Shown: positions 36,206-48,060 of the stretch, piece after piece
How positions within the stretch are numbered: position 1 is the first letter of the stretch
Layout of the letters: each line of letters opens with the position of its first letter
Source: Cladosporium halotolerans
Taxonomy: Eukaryota
Direction: 5' to 3'
NCBI RefSeq assembly: GCF_011745625.1
Contig: NW_027191460.1
Coordinates: 248,001-312,000, forward strand
Length of the DNA stretch: 64,000 nucleotides
Notes under the pieces: model-generated
The model's database searches: none
Told to the model about the DNA's origin: nothing
Seen by the model: only the letters and a program-made list of their open reading frames with translations
Made by a program: the position numbers and the translations under genes

Positions 36206-37967
36206 ATGGCCCTCTACCATGAGGCTGCCAGCATTTTGGAGACGGTGAATAACGGTAAAACTTCATTGAAAGCTGAAGTGTTCGGCAAGAAGGGGTGGAA
36301 GAGCGACGGCAAGACTCTGTTCGCCTTGACGAGCGAGGCGGCAAAATGGAGCAGCATTCTGGCTGAAATGGTGGAGAAGAGTGGTATTCTGAAGCTTGAG
36401 AAGCAGGTATGGGCCTTTTTTCTTACAGACTAATGTTCTGGGCAACGGCTGCGAAATTCATTGGCAGACCCTGTTTCATTGCTGACAACAAATACAGTTA
36501 TCGCCGACACTAGCCCTGGTCCTGACCCACGACCTCTTACTCTCAAAGAAGGGAATTGCTCTCCCTCAGAAGCACGGCTTGAGCGCCACTGTCACTAGAC
36601 ACAAGGCGAGACTTTCCGCAGAACTGACCAAGACGAGATTGCGCAAAGGCTTCGCCACAGTGGACGCGCTACGCGCGCATGTAAATGAAGCTGCCACCAA
36701 GGAAGAAGACGGATCCGAAAGCTACGCGCATCCCCGATGGATTCGCATCAACACACTCCGGACGACTCTGGAAGAGCAGCTGTCGACTACTTTCGCGGAG
36801 CTCGACAGAGTCTCTTCTGTCAAAGGCGTTTCGAACCGATCTTCAAAAGCTCTCTACATTGACGAGCACATCCCAAATCTCATCGCCGTTTCGCCTTCGG
36901 TCAACTTCAACTCTAGTAAACCCTACAAGGAAGGCAAGCTCATCTTCCAAGACAAGGCTTCGTGCTTTCCGGCTTATCTACTGGACCCCGGCAAAGAGGA
37001 TGGCGATATCATCGATGCATGCGCGGCGCCTGGAAACAAGACAACGCATCTCGCTGCCATCTTACGATCACAGAAGGGCGAGGAAGCGCGGGTCATTGCA
37101 TGCGAAAAGGATTCATTTCGTTCGAAGACTTTGCAGAAGATGACCAAGCTTGCCGATCTTGAGGGTGTCATTGAAGTCAAGACCGAGCAGAATTTCCTCA
37201 AGCTTGGTCCCACCTCGAAGGAATTCTCAAATGTCACCGGACTGGTCCTTGACCCCAGCTGTTCTGGTAGTGGTATCGTAGGGCGTGATGAGGGTGGCAT
37301 CGTTGTACACTTACCAAGCACAAACGCCGCGGCCTCTGAGCCAACCAGCAAGAACAGCCGAAAGCGAAAGCGCAACGAGAAGCCCAGCAAAGAAAAGCCT
37401 GTACCTGAAAGCGATGGCACCGAAGACGTCCGGGAAGAGGAGCCTGAAGAAGCACCGAAGGACAGTCTGGAGCTGGCAAAGCGTCTCATAGCTTTGTCCG
37501 ACTTCCAGCTCCGGCTGCTACAGCACGCAATGTCTTTCAGCTCCGCCAGACGCATCACTTATTCGACGTGTTCAATCCACGGCGAGGAGAACGAGGGCGT
37601 CGTTGTCCGCGCTTTGCTTTCCGACGTCGCTCGAGAAGCGGGCTGGCGTGTGATGAAGCGTAGCGAACAGGTAGATGGCATGAAGAGATGGCACCGCCGT
37701 GGTGATCTGAGTGCTGTTGAAGCCGCTCTGCAGCCGCTGACTCAGACTTCGGTCGTTTTGAACAACCAAGAGGTGGCAGACGCTGTCATTAGGTGTGACA
37801 AGAGCACTGAAGACGGGACAATGGGTTTTTTCGTCGCCGGCTTTGTCCGCGATGGCACTACTAAGGGCGATGAGAACCTTCAACATGCAGATGCGATGCA
37901 CGAAGTTGAAAACGGCGGGGAAAATGACGAGGACGAAGATGAATGGGGTGGCTTCAGCGACGAGTAG
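36206..37967 (+). CDS. RCM1: 25S rRNA cytosine-C5 methyltransferase Rcm1/NSUN5
   Basis: MALYHEAA start, intron 36407-36497. Motifs PRWIRINTL, QDKASCFPA, DACAAPGNKTTHLA, LDPSCSGSG, YSTCSIH, GFFVAGF; 556 aa. Confidence 0.92.
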
Positions 37968-38144
37968 AAAATGAGGCTCAGTTTGTGGGTCAAGAAAAAG
38001 CTCCCTTACGGGCTTATTGATCTGAATATACTACTTCGAATGGTAAGATCCCATACTCCAACCCAATGCGTAGCAGACCTGAAGTGTCTGCATATGGCGT
38101 AACTCGTGACGGTCCAACAATCAACTTTTTACATCCCAGATATT

Positions 38145-38776
38145 CTAGTTCCTGGGAAGCTTGTTTTCCTGAGCGACAGTGCTGGCGGGCTCAGGGACTC
38201 TCTCCTCGGCGGAAGGACCGCCGACGTTGCCACGACCGATGGTAGCCTCGTCCTTGTCAAGGGCGCGCTGGCCAGCCATGTTGGGGGCGTGGGGGTCAAT
38301 GGTGCTCTGGCTAGCGGATCCGCCGACACCCTCAGCACCACCCATACCAGGGTTCTTGCGGCCAGCTTGGCCGTCGTGGTGGAGCTCCTTGCTGGTCTGG
38401 CCCTGGGCGGGCTGACCAAGTCCGGTGTTCACATCGGCGGAGGTGGAGCCACCGAGGGAGGCGGAGGCAGAGGTCTCGTTGTAAGAAGACTGGGCGGGGG
38501 TCTCCTGGACGTTGCTGGTGAAGGTCTTGTCTGCGGGTGCGCTGCCAGGGGGCATAGTCTTCGCGGTGAACTCGGGGACGGCATCGTTGCCAGTCAGGAC
38601 ACCAGGCTTGTGCTGAAGAAGAGTCAGTGGGATATTGATGTTGAGGGAATGCAATGTCGACTTACACCATCGTGGTTCTCACGGCCAACGCCAGCAGGCT
38701 TAGGGTTGAACTCGCCAGAGCCACCAGTGGGCATCTGGTTGGCAACAGCCTCAATGTTGTTGTTGGTGGAAGACAT
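38145..38776 (-). CDS. Hydrophilic fungal hypothetical protein
   Basis: Exons 38776-38666 and 38612-38145 (192 aa), intron GTAAGT...CAG. G/S/T-rich with HKPGVLTGNDAVPEF and LGGSTSADVNTGLGQPAQGQTSKELHHDG; strong codon bias. Confidence 0.8.
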
Positions 38777-39197
38777 GTTGTTTGGTGTTCGGGAGATTTT
38801 TGAGTTTTTGTATATGCTCGTAGAACAATTTCAGATATGAATCGTAGAGATTGCTAATATCAATGAGAAGATTTGTGTGCAAGTATGAGGGGAAGTGGGA
38901 TGTCGCGTGTTCCTTATGAATTTCTCAGAGCTCAACTTCATCCGTTCGTCACAATGGCGTCAACGACGACAGGAACGATCGATCACGTTCACTTGGCTTC
39001 AACAACCCCACTTCATAACACCATCACCGGGCATACCCATTCAAATTTTGAGTCACGGAGCATCTGACGTATGAGTTTCAAATTGAAACCGCAGTTGGGT
39101 CAAAAAATACGCGTTTCTGCGCGCTGAAGGCTCTCTATGCACGTCATGTCATGGAGGAGGGGCAGGCGTCGCGGTACTTGAGTGCCTTATCAGCGAG

Positions 39198-40169
39198 CTA
39201 TTTACGCGACGAACGAGGGCCCACAGGCAATTTGGAGGGCCTCTCCTCTTCCGCTGGCTTCTTGTATCTTGTCGAGGACGGTGCCGGAAGCCGGCTCTGC
39301 CTAGGTACTGCTTCTGGACCCGTCTTTGGAACTGGCAACTTCAATCGGGCCGTCTTTGGCTCTGGTAAAGACGACAGATTCGTTGAAGACTTCTCTAGTG
39401 ACGGTGTCACCGAAGCTGCTGCCTCTTTCGGTCTCCAAACCTCCTCGGTCGGTTCCGTGCATATGGCTTCACATCGCCTTCCAAGCTTCGACAGGGCATT
39501 GTGCTCCTCAAGAGCATCGTTTTTCCAAATACGCTCCATGCGCGCAAGACGTTCTTCTCTCCAGCTCGGATCGAAGCCTCCTAGGCCTCCCTCCAGCTTG
39601 TTCATAACGGGCGTGAAGAGTGCCTTCTTGGAGTAATAGTGCTCCTGCACGAAGCTTGAGATGCACACAGGGCAAGCGAATTTGCCGCCTTTCGCGTTTG
39701 TAAGAAGCGAACCACTGTCTTTGCAATTTTCACCACAGAGTTGCGGCTCAGGTGTCATCACTCTGTGGCCGCAAGGCTCGAGGACGTGGAATAATGCGCC
39801 ATGGACACAAGGTTCGGCGACATGTGGCCCGCTGTACATGGATGATTTCTCATTTGTGTCGAACGAAGTTACTCTCTTCCTTGCAGTCGGGAGTGATGCG
39901 TGTTCAGAAAAACTTTCTGAACTCGCGTCTCCACTGGTCAATGGTTTGGCTGTCTTGTTCTCATTTTCCGGAGGGAATATCGCTGTCGGAATGATCGGGA
40001 GGAAACGGCGCAGCCGCACCTTTGGCGTGCCTGGTGAAGACAACTTCGTTTTCGAGAGATTCAGTTGTCGCAGGCCTCTATTAACGTTCGATGTTACTTC
40101 CATGCTACGCGGCATCGGATCAACAGAGCCCTCATGGTAACCGGAAGTAGCCATTGAACGGGAAAACAT
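39198..40169 (-). CDS. Orphan hypothetical protein with Cys/His cluster (5' end unresolved)
   Basis: Open frame of >320 codons containing PCVH...PCGH...LCGENC...FACPVC followed by a helical segment. First ATG is at 40169; upstream donors (e.g. GTAAGT at 40500) suggest more 5' exons. Confidence 0.55.
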   Translation of the reverse strand: MFSRSMATSGYHEGSVDPMPRSMEVTSNVNRGLRQLNLSKTKLSSPGTPKVRLRRFLPIIPTAIFPPENENKTAKPLTSGDASSESFSEHASLPTARKRVTSFDTNEKSSMYSGPHVAEPCVHGALFHVLEPCGHRVMTPEPQLCGENCKDSGSLLTNAKGGKFACPVCISSFVQEHYYSKKALFTPVMNKLEGGLGGFDPSWREERLARMERIWKNDALEEHNALSKLGRRCEAICTEPTEEVWRPKEAAASVTPSLEKSSTNLSSLPEPKTARLKLPVPKTGPEAVPRQSRLPAPSSTRYKKPAEEERPSKLPVGPRSSRK

Positions 40170-41085
40170 CGCCCTGTGAGCACAGCAAAGGTAGGGTCGA
40201 TACGGTCTTGCGATCGATGTCACGATCCGGCTTCTTAAAGATCAATTTACTGGACCCAGCATCAAGAGTCGCGTATTGCAGATTCTTTGTCTTTGTCAGA
40301 ATCTTGTCTCAGTTGCCGCGGATTGTTTCTGTCCTTTGAAGCAAATCGATTCATTGTCTTACACGCTGGCTGCTTCGTGGACAATGCAGCATTTGCAGCC
40401 GTCTCTCGATCTCGTCTCCTGGTCGCACTCGGAAAATAGGCATCTTTGAAATAGGTCATACTCGGCCACTGATCGGCTTCACGCGATCGAATCGACTTAC
40501 CGGGACGCCATTACGTGTACGCCATTGAACCTGTCGGCCGGCGGCATTCAACAGCTCATCTGAAGAGCGAAGGCAATCTAGGCTGCGGAGAGGACGTTGA
40601 ATGTGATACAAATCTAGAGAGGGGTAGCAAAATTCGCTTCTCTCTTATTCTCGGGGAAGATTTCAAGAGCCCTTCCGCCTTTTCACGAATGAGCCTCTCA
40701 CGAACTGGAATGCCATCTGCGCTAAAATAGCTGCGCCCAATACGGAATAGCAGACAATGGGTGAGTAATAGCATTGTTGCTAAGATATGCAAATTGTTAG
40801 CAAGTCCGATCTTTCTCACTTAGGCATTGAAAGATGTGATCAATCAATTCACTTTAAGAATTTGGAAGGGCAGGGCCTAAACAGGGTAAAATCTCGCTTC
40901 ACCTCACCATGATGAATGCGAAAGTGAATATTCAGGGTGAAAGGTGTCAGGCAGCCCATATAAACCCTCTTCTTACAGCCTCTGATGTCTTACTTCTGCG
41001 GATTAACAACAGCCGGATCACATGCTGCAAACCCGCACAGAAAGCATTGCGATTCTACACTGGGCCCGCACACGCACATCCAACT

Positions 41086-41721
41086 ATGACCCCCTCAGAA
41101 TTGGCCGCTTCGTTCGAGGAGTGTATGAGACTCTCTCCAAGCGGTCCAGTCACTTCCCAGAAGCCACAGCAGAGGGAGTCGATGACCCTCCCCATCAGAG
41201 GCCTTTCTGGTCGCGTTGAGAAACAATTGAACCCGCTCGAATCTAGCGGCCAAGGCACCTTGACTGTCAAGTCAGACGCACACGCGCAAGTCCATGATGC
41301 TGACCACATCGAAAAGTTTTCTCCATTATGGGCTGTCTTCAAACACGTCGAAGTCTGGAAAGACTGGTTTCGTGGCCGTGAAGTCCGTCCCGGCGAAGAG
41401 GTAGCCAAGCAAACTGTCCGCGTCTTGGATCTCTTTGCCGAAGAGAGAATCCTTGAACAGGAAGTTAAGGAGCAACAGCGCAAAGAGACGCTCTTCAGGT
41501 TGTTTGAGACCATCGACTTCAGCGTCCAGCCTATGCACGAATGTGAAGGCTGCCACCATGTGATCCTATTCCACCGTTATCTCTGCTCCGAATGCGGTCG
41601 ATACAATCTCTGCCGCTCGTGCTTCGGCGATCTGGTGCTTACGTTCAAGCATCCATGTGGTCACGAAGAAGATCTGAAGGCAAGTGAAGATGTAACAAAG
41701 AAACAGCAAAGTGTAGCGTGA
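41086..41721 (+). CDS. Orphan protein with ZZ-type zinc finger (3' end may be spliced further)
   Basis: TATAAA at ~40959 and ATG at 41086. ZZ pattern HECEGC...HRYLCSECGRYNLCRSCF...HPCGH. Confidence 0.65.
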   Translation: MTPSELAASFEECMRLSPSGPVTSQKPQQRESMTLPIRGLSGRVEKQLNPLESSGQGTLTVKSDAHAQVHDADHIEKFSPLWAVFKHVEVWKDWFRGREVRPGEEVAKQTVRVLDLFAEERILEQEVKEQQRKETLFRLFETIDFSVQPMHECEGCHHVILFHRYLCSECGRYNLCRSCFGDLVLTFKHPCGHEEDLKASEDVTKKQQSVA

Positions 41722-42506
41722 GATGGATTGAGGCGTTGCTGGGTCGTTGTGGAGCAGTAATTTCCTACTCCAGTTCGACGAGTGCATCGATACCGATGTC
41801 TGCACAGCCTTGCGGATTCTCTTCGAGAAGGTAGCATCATTATTAGACATTGAATATGTTCTTCCCAAATACTTACGTCACTGTTTGTGTTGCAGTTGCA
41901 TTAATCGTAGCCTTCTCCCCATTCGGGTAAGAAGGGCTTGTTCTAAGAAGATAGCTACTGAAGCGGAGGCATTCAGCGAGGGTACGTAACGCGAAACTCA
42001 CCTCGCTACACAAAGGATCAAGAACATGATGTTGCGATTGTCTGCCCAGAAGGACTATGTTCTTTTACCGTGTAGATACCTGTTGCGCCAGCATTTATAT
42101 GCTCATCACCCTGGATACGAAAAAGCGTCAACAAACAAAGCGTTGCCAATCTACGATTTCGGCCAGATGATGATAGAAACTACATCGCAAGAATATGAAA
42201 TCAAGAAATTGTTGTTGCCTGATTCTAAGTCCGAATTAATCGTTGCTGCCATGTTATTCACTGCTGGCTCAAGAAAGGCGGAAGTGAATTACCTCACTTC
42301 ACTGTAACCTATTCAACCACTACGCACCGCACACCCTTCACAAACTCGTTGTGATCTGACCTGCTGCACGGCAGCGGGATCTTACCAATAAATAGCACAC
42401 TCTCTCCTACGACATTCTCAGCCTCCACAATTCCATCGAAGACCCCCATCAATCCTTTTCATCGAACCTGAAATACAACCAACATCACACCAAAGAAACC
42501 ATCAGC

Positions 42507-43661
42507 ATGAGCCCCAAGAAGACCCCAACAGCCCCAGGCAGCATCACTTCTAGGGGCACTGACAATCCGACCTTCTCTGCCAGCCTACCCTTCCGTCCCC
42601 CGCAAGGGGCTAAGCGTAAGAGGAACGAAGAGCAGTCAGAGGCAACCGACACAACCAAGTCGACTGCAGCGCCAACGACCTTGCCGTCTCACGAGCCGCT
42701 GGCTTACCACCCCATGCCAAAGGGCGACGATGGGGGCAATTCCAAGAGGCAGAAAGGCACTGCCTCTGAGAACGAGTCAGCTGTCGCCCAGAACGATGAT
42801 CCGAATCTCGCTTTGCTTCGTAAGGAGAACAACATAATGGCTCCACCTCCCTCGCGCGGCACTGAAATCACCCCCAGCACTTCGGATGGCACTATTGCTC
42901 AGCGTGTTGCTCGTCGCAGGAGAGAGCCAGTTGATCCTTTCATCCCGCGTCGTCCCTCACGTCTACAGATGATCAGAGATTTGCAACGTAATCTCCGGAG
43001 GCGTCCACTTCCAGTCTTCGGTAAACCTAGCTTGGCAGTCATGGATCCTGCTGAGGCCAGATTGGTTGCCGCTCTAAAAAAGCCGCAGGCCACGATCGTC
43101 ACTGACATGTATGACCTGGACAACGTGCCAGAGAATGGGGAATCCACGAAGCATGCTCGTCGTCCTGAGCGTCCGAAGCGCGGCAATTACTGTGTTTGCA
43201 AAGTTGAAGCCGACACCAATATGGTGCCTTGTGTGGATTGCTCCAAAGTCTTCCACCCAAACTGCCTTGGCAAAGGCCTCCAGCACCGCCACGAATACCG
43301 CGGACACGACATTCTCATCAACATCGCCAGGAAGTGCGACGCTGACCACTATGGCGCCTCGAAAGATTTCACCTGCCGTGCCTGCGACTTTAGCCGTATG
43401 CACTCCCCGGCGAACAAGGGTGCCTTCTTGGTACCGTTGTATGAAGAGTCGCAGCGTCGCCCCTCTGTCTTCCAAACGAAGGTGGAAACTCACTCTGGCA
43501 AGCGCCCTCTCCACATCTGCGACAGCTGCGATAGGCGCATCACGACCACTCGCTATGAGTGTAAATACTGCGACGATCTCGACCTGTGTCGCGATTGTTA
43601 CTCGGATCCAGCGGTCTCTTCCAAGCACCAGCACGCGAAAAGCGACAAAATCTTGAGGTAA
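42507..43661 (+). CDS. PHD-finger plus ZZ zinc-finger protein
   Basis: YCVC...MVPCVDCSKVFHPNCL...FTCRAC (C4HC3 with an insert), then HICDSC...RYECKYCDDLDLCRDCY...HQH (ZZ). Disordered basic N-terminus with KRKR. Confidence 0.75.
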   Translation: MSPKKTPTAPGSITSRGTDNPTFSASLPFRPPQGAKRKRNEEQSEATDTTKSTAAPTTLPSHEPLAYHPMPKGDDGGNSKRQKGTASENESAVAQNDDPNLALLRKENNIMAPPPSRGTEITPSTSDGTIAQRVARRRREPVDPFIPRRPSRLQMIRDLQRNLRRRPLPVFGKPSLAVMDPAEARLVAALKKPQATIVTDMYDLDNVPENGESTKHARRPERPKRGNYCVCKVEADTNMVPCVDCSKVFHPNCLGKGLQHRHEYRGHDILINIARKCDADHYGASKDFTCRACDFSRMHSPANKGAFLVPLYEESQRRPSVFQTKVETHSGKRPLHICDSCDRRITTTRYECKYCDDLDLCRDCYSDPAVSSKHQHAKSDKILR

Positions 43662-43908
43662 GAACCCGCGATGGACCGACAGGGACGAGAGCGAGCGTAT
43701 GTGAATGTGACAGGGGGCAGCAAGGCAATTGTATGAGTACCGGATTGGGAAATGATTGCTTGTTTGTGATATTCAAGTCATCGAGAAGTGGTGAAAGCAA
43801 GCCCGGGGCCACGAACCTTGCTTGCTGTGAGAAACTGTTTTCCTTACATTCTTCTCTTGCAAATGAGTAGCGCTATGAAATCAGTGTCGTCATCTTCCTG
43901 TGTCATTC

Positions 43909-45120
43909 TCATTGCGGGGGGTCCAGGTCGAGTCCATCGACTTCCAAGTGGAAAGCATCGTTCCTAGAGTAGCTCCCAGCCACGTCGAGATCCAGACGTC
44001 CACGTTCGCAGTCTTCGAAGTCAGCGTCGATGATGTGCAAGCCGCCTTCCTCGACTTCCCACAACGGCTCCTTGAGGACTTGGCCATAGGGTCCAACTAC
44101 ACAAGAGCCTCCACGACAAACGTATTCCTCGTCGGCGGAGGAGCGCGAGCCGTCGTCGATGGCAATCTGAGACAAGGACTTTGTCAGAGCATTGTCTCCG
44201 TTGACGGCCTGCTCCTCAGCCGTGGGCAGCACTAGTTCGTGGCGTTCCTCGGTAATGGTGAGCGTGCTCCTTCTCCGGGTACGCGATCTCGGAGCCGTGG
44301 GGCTGACAGCCGGCGAAGCGTCACTGACGGTGCTCGAGCTTTTCTTGCCCGTGATCCAATCCGGCAGGTGTTTCCTCTTTGTGCACATGTTGGCACTCAG
44401 TACGAAGGTCCTGCCCTCGGCACCGATGGTCTGCATGAGGGGCAACCAAGTTTCTCTAGCATCCGCCGTAGGAGCCAGGTACAAGTTCACATTCTGACTG
44501 TAAAGAGAGTAGCGCAGCAATGGCATGTAGTTCTCCCAGCAGATGGCCGCGGCCATGGTCAGCTTCACGCCCTTGATCGTAGTGGTGACCGCACGGAGCG
44601 TCGAAGGTGAGCCTTGTGCCCAGACCAGTCGTTCCGAGCCCGTCGGCATGACCTTCCTGCGCTTGCCGATACATCCCTGGCGGGGGCACACATAGACAAC
44701 GGAGCAGTAAAGGCTGCCGCCGCTCTTTTCGACCACACCGGTAACGAGGAAGACGCCAGTGTCTCTAGCAACGCGCTCGAGGTACTCCCTAGTGCCGTCA
44801 CCCCGGTACTCCTGGCCTTTCTTGACTTCCAGGTCCCGGTCGACCCATTCATCTCCGGCACCGCGGGGCGTATCACCGAGGTCCACAGCGGAGCGGAAGT
44901 AATGAAGGAATTGCTCCCTGCCTTCATCTGAACGGGCACCGACTGCTGCTCCGAAGCTACAGGTCCGAGGATAGCCACCTAGGTAGGCTTCGGGGAAGAG
45001 CACAAGATCGACGCCTTCGCTAGCTGCATGTTGGGTGGTAGCTTTGAGTGCTTCGAGAGTAGCGGCTAGAGTCGACAGGGTACGAGATTGAGAGACGGCA
45101 AGCTTGAGCTTTTGCGGCAT
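43909..45120 (-). CDS. Nitrilase (carbon-nitrogen hydrolase family)
   Basis: Catalytic triad motifs [26 protein letters not shown] and [12 protein letters not shown]; also GGSCVVGP and [10 protein letters not shown]. 403 aa with an S/R-rich insert. Confidence 0.93.
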   Translation of the reverse strand: MPQKLKLAVSQSRTLSTLAATLEALKATTQHAASEGVDLVLFPEAYLGGYPRTCSFGAAVGARSDEGREQFLHYFRSAVDLGDTPRGAGDEWVDRDLEVKKGQEYRGDGTREYLERVARDTGVFLVTGVVEKSGGSLYCSVVYVCPRQGCIGKRRKVMPTGSERLVWAQGSPSTLRAVTTTIKGVKLTMAAAICWENYMPLLRYSLYSQNVNLYLAPTADARETWLPLMQTIGAEGRTFVLSANMCTKRKHLPDWITGKKSSSTVSDASPAVSPTAPRSRTRRRSTLTITEERHELVLPTAEEQAVNGDNALTKSLSQIAIDDGSRSSADEEYVCRGGSCVVGPYGQVLKEPLWEVEEGGLHIIDADFEDCERGRLDLDVAGSYSRNDAFHLEVDGLDLDPPQ

Positions 45121-46176
45121 GATTGGGGGCGAATTAGAGCACACGAGGATCAGTTCGCAGTGCCTCAATACGTATCACGAAGCAGGATGGAAGGCGAAGT
45201 CGCAGCGAGATGGGCTCTAAATGGCGGGCCCCACTCTGCGGCAGCTGTCAGCTGTCGAGTCCCTCGGCTGGCCGAAAGAGTCCGCTTTACCCGACTTGTC
45301 CGTCTTCACTTCCACCCTCGTGGATGAAGCTTACCAATGGTACAAGCCTTCAGTCTAGGGCCCGCTGCGAGTTCGATTTCGTCGTCAGAGCTATCAGAAC
45401 AAGCTCTTTGCAATGGCAAAATGCCATAAAGCTTGACACTCTTTAGCCGCACCGGATCCTCCGCAGAACGGCAGATTAGCGACAGGGGCTAGTCGACATC
45501 AGCGGCTCATGGTGAAACGCTCGTTGCCGTACTCCAGGAAGGACGCCTCGCACACATCGGGCCCGGCTCGCTTGCTTCCAGCATTTGTGCCACCGCGCTA
45601 TGGCCATTCGAGAAGCGTGTGGCGACCTAACCGCGCCCTTCAATCTCCACTTGCGGACCACATGAGCCGTGAGCCGATGCCTTTTGGCACGACGATTTGG
45701 AGCTATGTTTCAACTCATGAAGCAGATGCAGCTTTACGAGGAACTAGAGTTCTATCAGCGACGATACAGTGTAAAAGAAACCAAGCAATCGCCACTTACC
45801 ACAAAGCTTGGCGTCTTCACTGCCTGGAGTTCCTTAGACTACAGAGCAAATCTACATCCACATGGCGGACGTAGCTCTAATGAGGCTCTCGGATGAGACC
45901 AGTCCGCAACCTATTTAAGCTCAGTCCGGGCGTTACCAAGTCTTCAATCTCAAACCTCGCTTGGAAGCTTAGCCACTAGGACAAGGCTACGGATCTACGC
46001 AATATGATGGAACAATTGCTTGAGGGACCGGGGAGTTCTAGGCTTGACAGTCTGTAGTTATATAGACCGCTTCTTCTCACGCTCAATCAACGGGTCTCCA
46101 GGCTCAGTCACTCACACACTCTTTACATTCCCTTACACGCCCGGCCCGATTCACTTCAACTCAATTCTCTTCCGAC

Positions 46177-47545
46177 ATGAAGTCGACTTTCTTCGCTTTG
46201 GCGGCTGCGGCTGCAGCTGGCTCTGCGTCCGCACAGAGCCCGGCGTACGGACAGTGTGGTGGCAGCGGCTGGTCCGGTGCGACGACATGCGTTTCTGGCT
46301 ACACCTGCCAGAAGTCGAACGACTATTACGCGCAGTGCGTCCCCGGCACCGCATCCACTGCCAAGGTGACCACTATCGACAAGGCTTCCACGACAACTAC
46401 TCGTAGCGGTAGCAGCCCTAGCCCAAGCTCGGGTAGTGGATCTGGCTCTGGCTCTGGCTCTGGCAAGGTTCAGTATGCTGGTGTCAATGTAAGAATTCTC
46501 AGATGATTTGGCTTCCCTTCTGAGCTAACAATAATGTCCTCAGATCGCTGGCCTCGACTTTGGCTGCGGCACCGATGGCACCTGTAAGACGACGGGCGTG
46601 GTCGACCCCGGCCAGACTGGCCTCGACCAAATGAAGCATTTCGTCAAGGACGACGGCTTGAACGCGTTCCGTGTCCCTGTCGGCTGGCAATTCCTTCTCA
46701 ACAACAACCTCGGTGGCACCCTCGACTCCACCAACTGGGCAACCTACGATAAGCAGGTCCAGGGTTGCTTGGATGCAGGCGCCGCCCTCTGCATCGTCGA
46801 CGTCCACAACTACGCACGTTGGAACGGCCAGATCGTCGGCCAGGGCGGACCCACCGACGCCCAGTTCGCCAGCCTTTGGTCGCAGATTGCCACCAAGTAC
46901 AAGGGCAACAACAAAATTGCGTTCGGCGTGATGAACGAGCCTGTGAGTGTTCCACGGGAGTCCAGCCATATCATTCAATCATACTGACAAGCCGTCCAGC
47001 ACGATGTCAACATCAACACTTGGGCCACCACCGTTCAAGCCGCCGTGACCGCGATCCGCAAGGCCGGCGCGACAGGCAACAAGATTCTCCTGCCCGGCAA
47101 CGACTACACGTCCGCCGGCGCCTTCATCTCCAACGGCTCCGGCGCGGCCCTCATGAAAGTGACCAACCTCGACGGCAGCACGACGAACCTGATCTTCGAC
47201 GTGCACCGCTACCTCGACTCCGACAACTCCGGCACACACACGACCTGCACGACGAACAACGTCGGCGACTTCACCAACCTCGGCAAGTGGCTGCGCACCA
47301 ACAAGCGCCAGGCCATCCTGACCGAGACCGGCGGCGGACCCAGCGACTCCAGCTGCCTGAAGGCCGTCTGCGAGCAGCTCGACGTACTCAACCAGTACTC
47401 CGACGCCTACCTGGGCTGGACCGGCTGGGCCGCGGGCATGTTCGCCTCCAGCTACGAGCTGAGCGAGGTGCCGACGAAGAACGGCAACAGCTGGACTGAT
47501 GTGCCGCTCGTCACCCAGTGCATTGCTGGCAAATTCAAGAAATGA
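46177..47545 (+). CDS. Secreted endo-1,4-beta-glucanase, CBM1 + GH5 (Cel5A/EGII type)
   Basis: Signal peptide, CBM1 [34 protein letters not shown] linker, [18 protein letters not shown], catalytic MNEP and [14 protein letters not shown]. Introns 46489-46543 and 46943-46999; 418 aa. Confidence 0.95.
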
Positions 47546-48060
47546 ACGAGTTCGCCGCGGGATTAGGGGTTTACATTCGTAGCATGCAACATATCCGGGA
47601 CAGCGTTTTCGTAGTCTTCTATTCAACCGAACACTACCGATTCTAGTGAGATACATGTCGACCTGTTTTTGAGTCGGTGAGTGACACTTTGAGCTTTTAA
47701 CCTCGCAAGTCATGGGACCCGTGTGAACGGAGCGCAATGAAGGACAGCAGTATCGAGTTTTCAGTGACATTCGAATTTCCTATGGAGCTAGTAGACTGTG
47801 AAAGGCAAAAACGCCATTTTCACGGATCAAAGAGCAAGACTTGTTTTGAACGCTTGAGAGCAAGAAAGCACGCAAAAGCCAAACGATCTCTGTGGTATCG
47901 GCCCAGCACCTGAAAATTGTGATCTAACGCCGTGATTCCGCGGAATGGGTTATGGAACGCGGCAAAGGAACAGAACACATCGCAGAAATCCTCGCGCCCG
48001 ACCGTTGCCTGAGCCTCTGAACCATTGCATTCAACCGAAGAAAACGCACCTACACGTACC

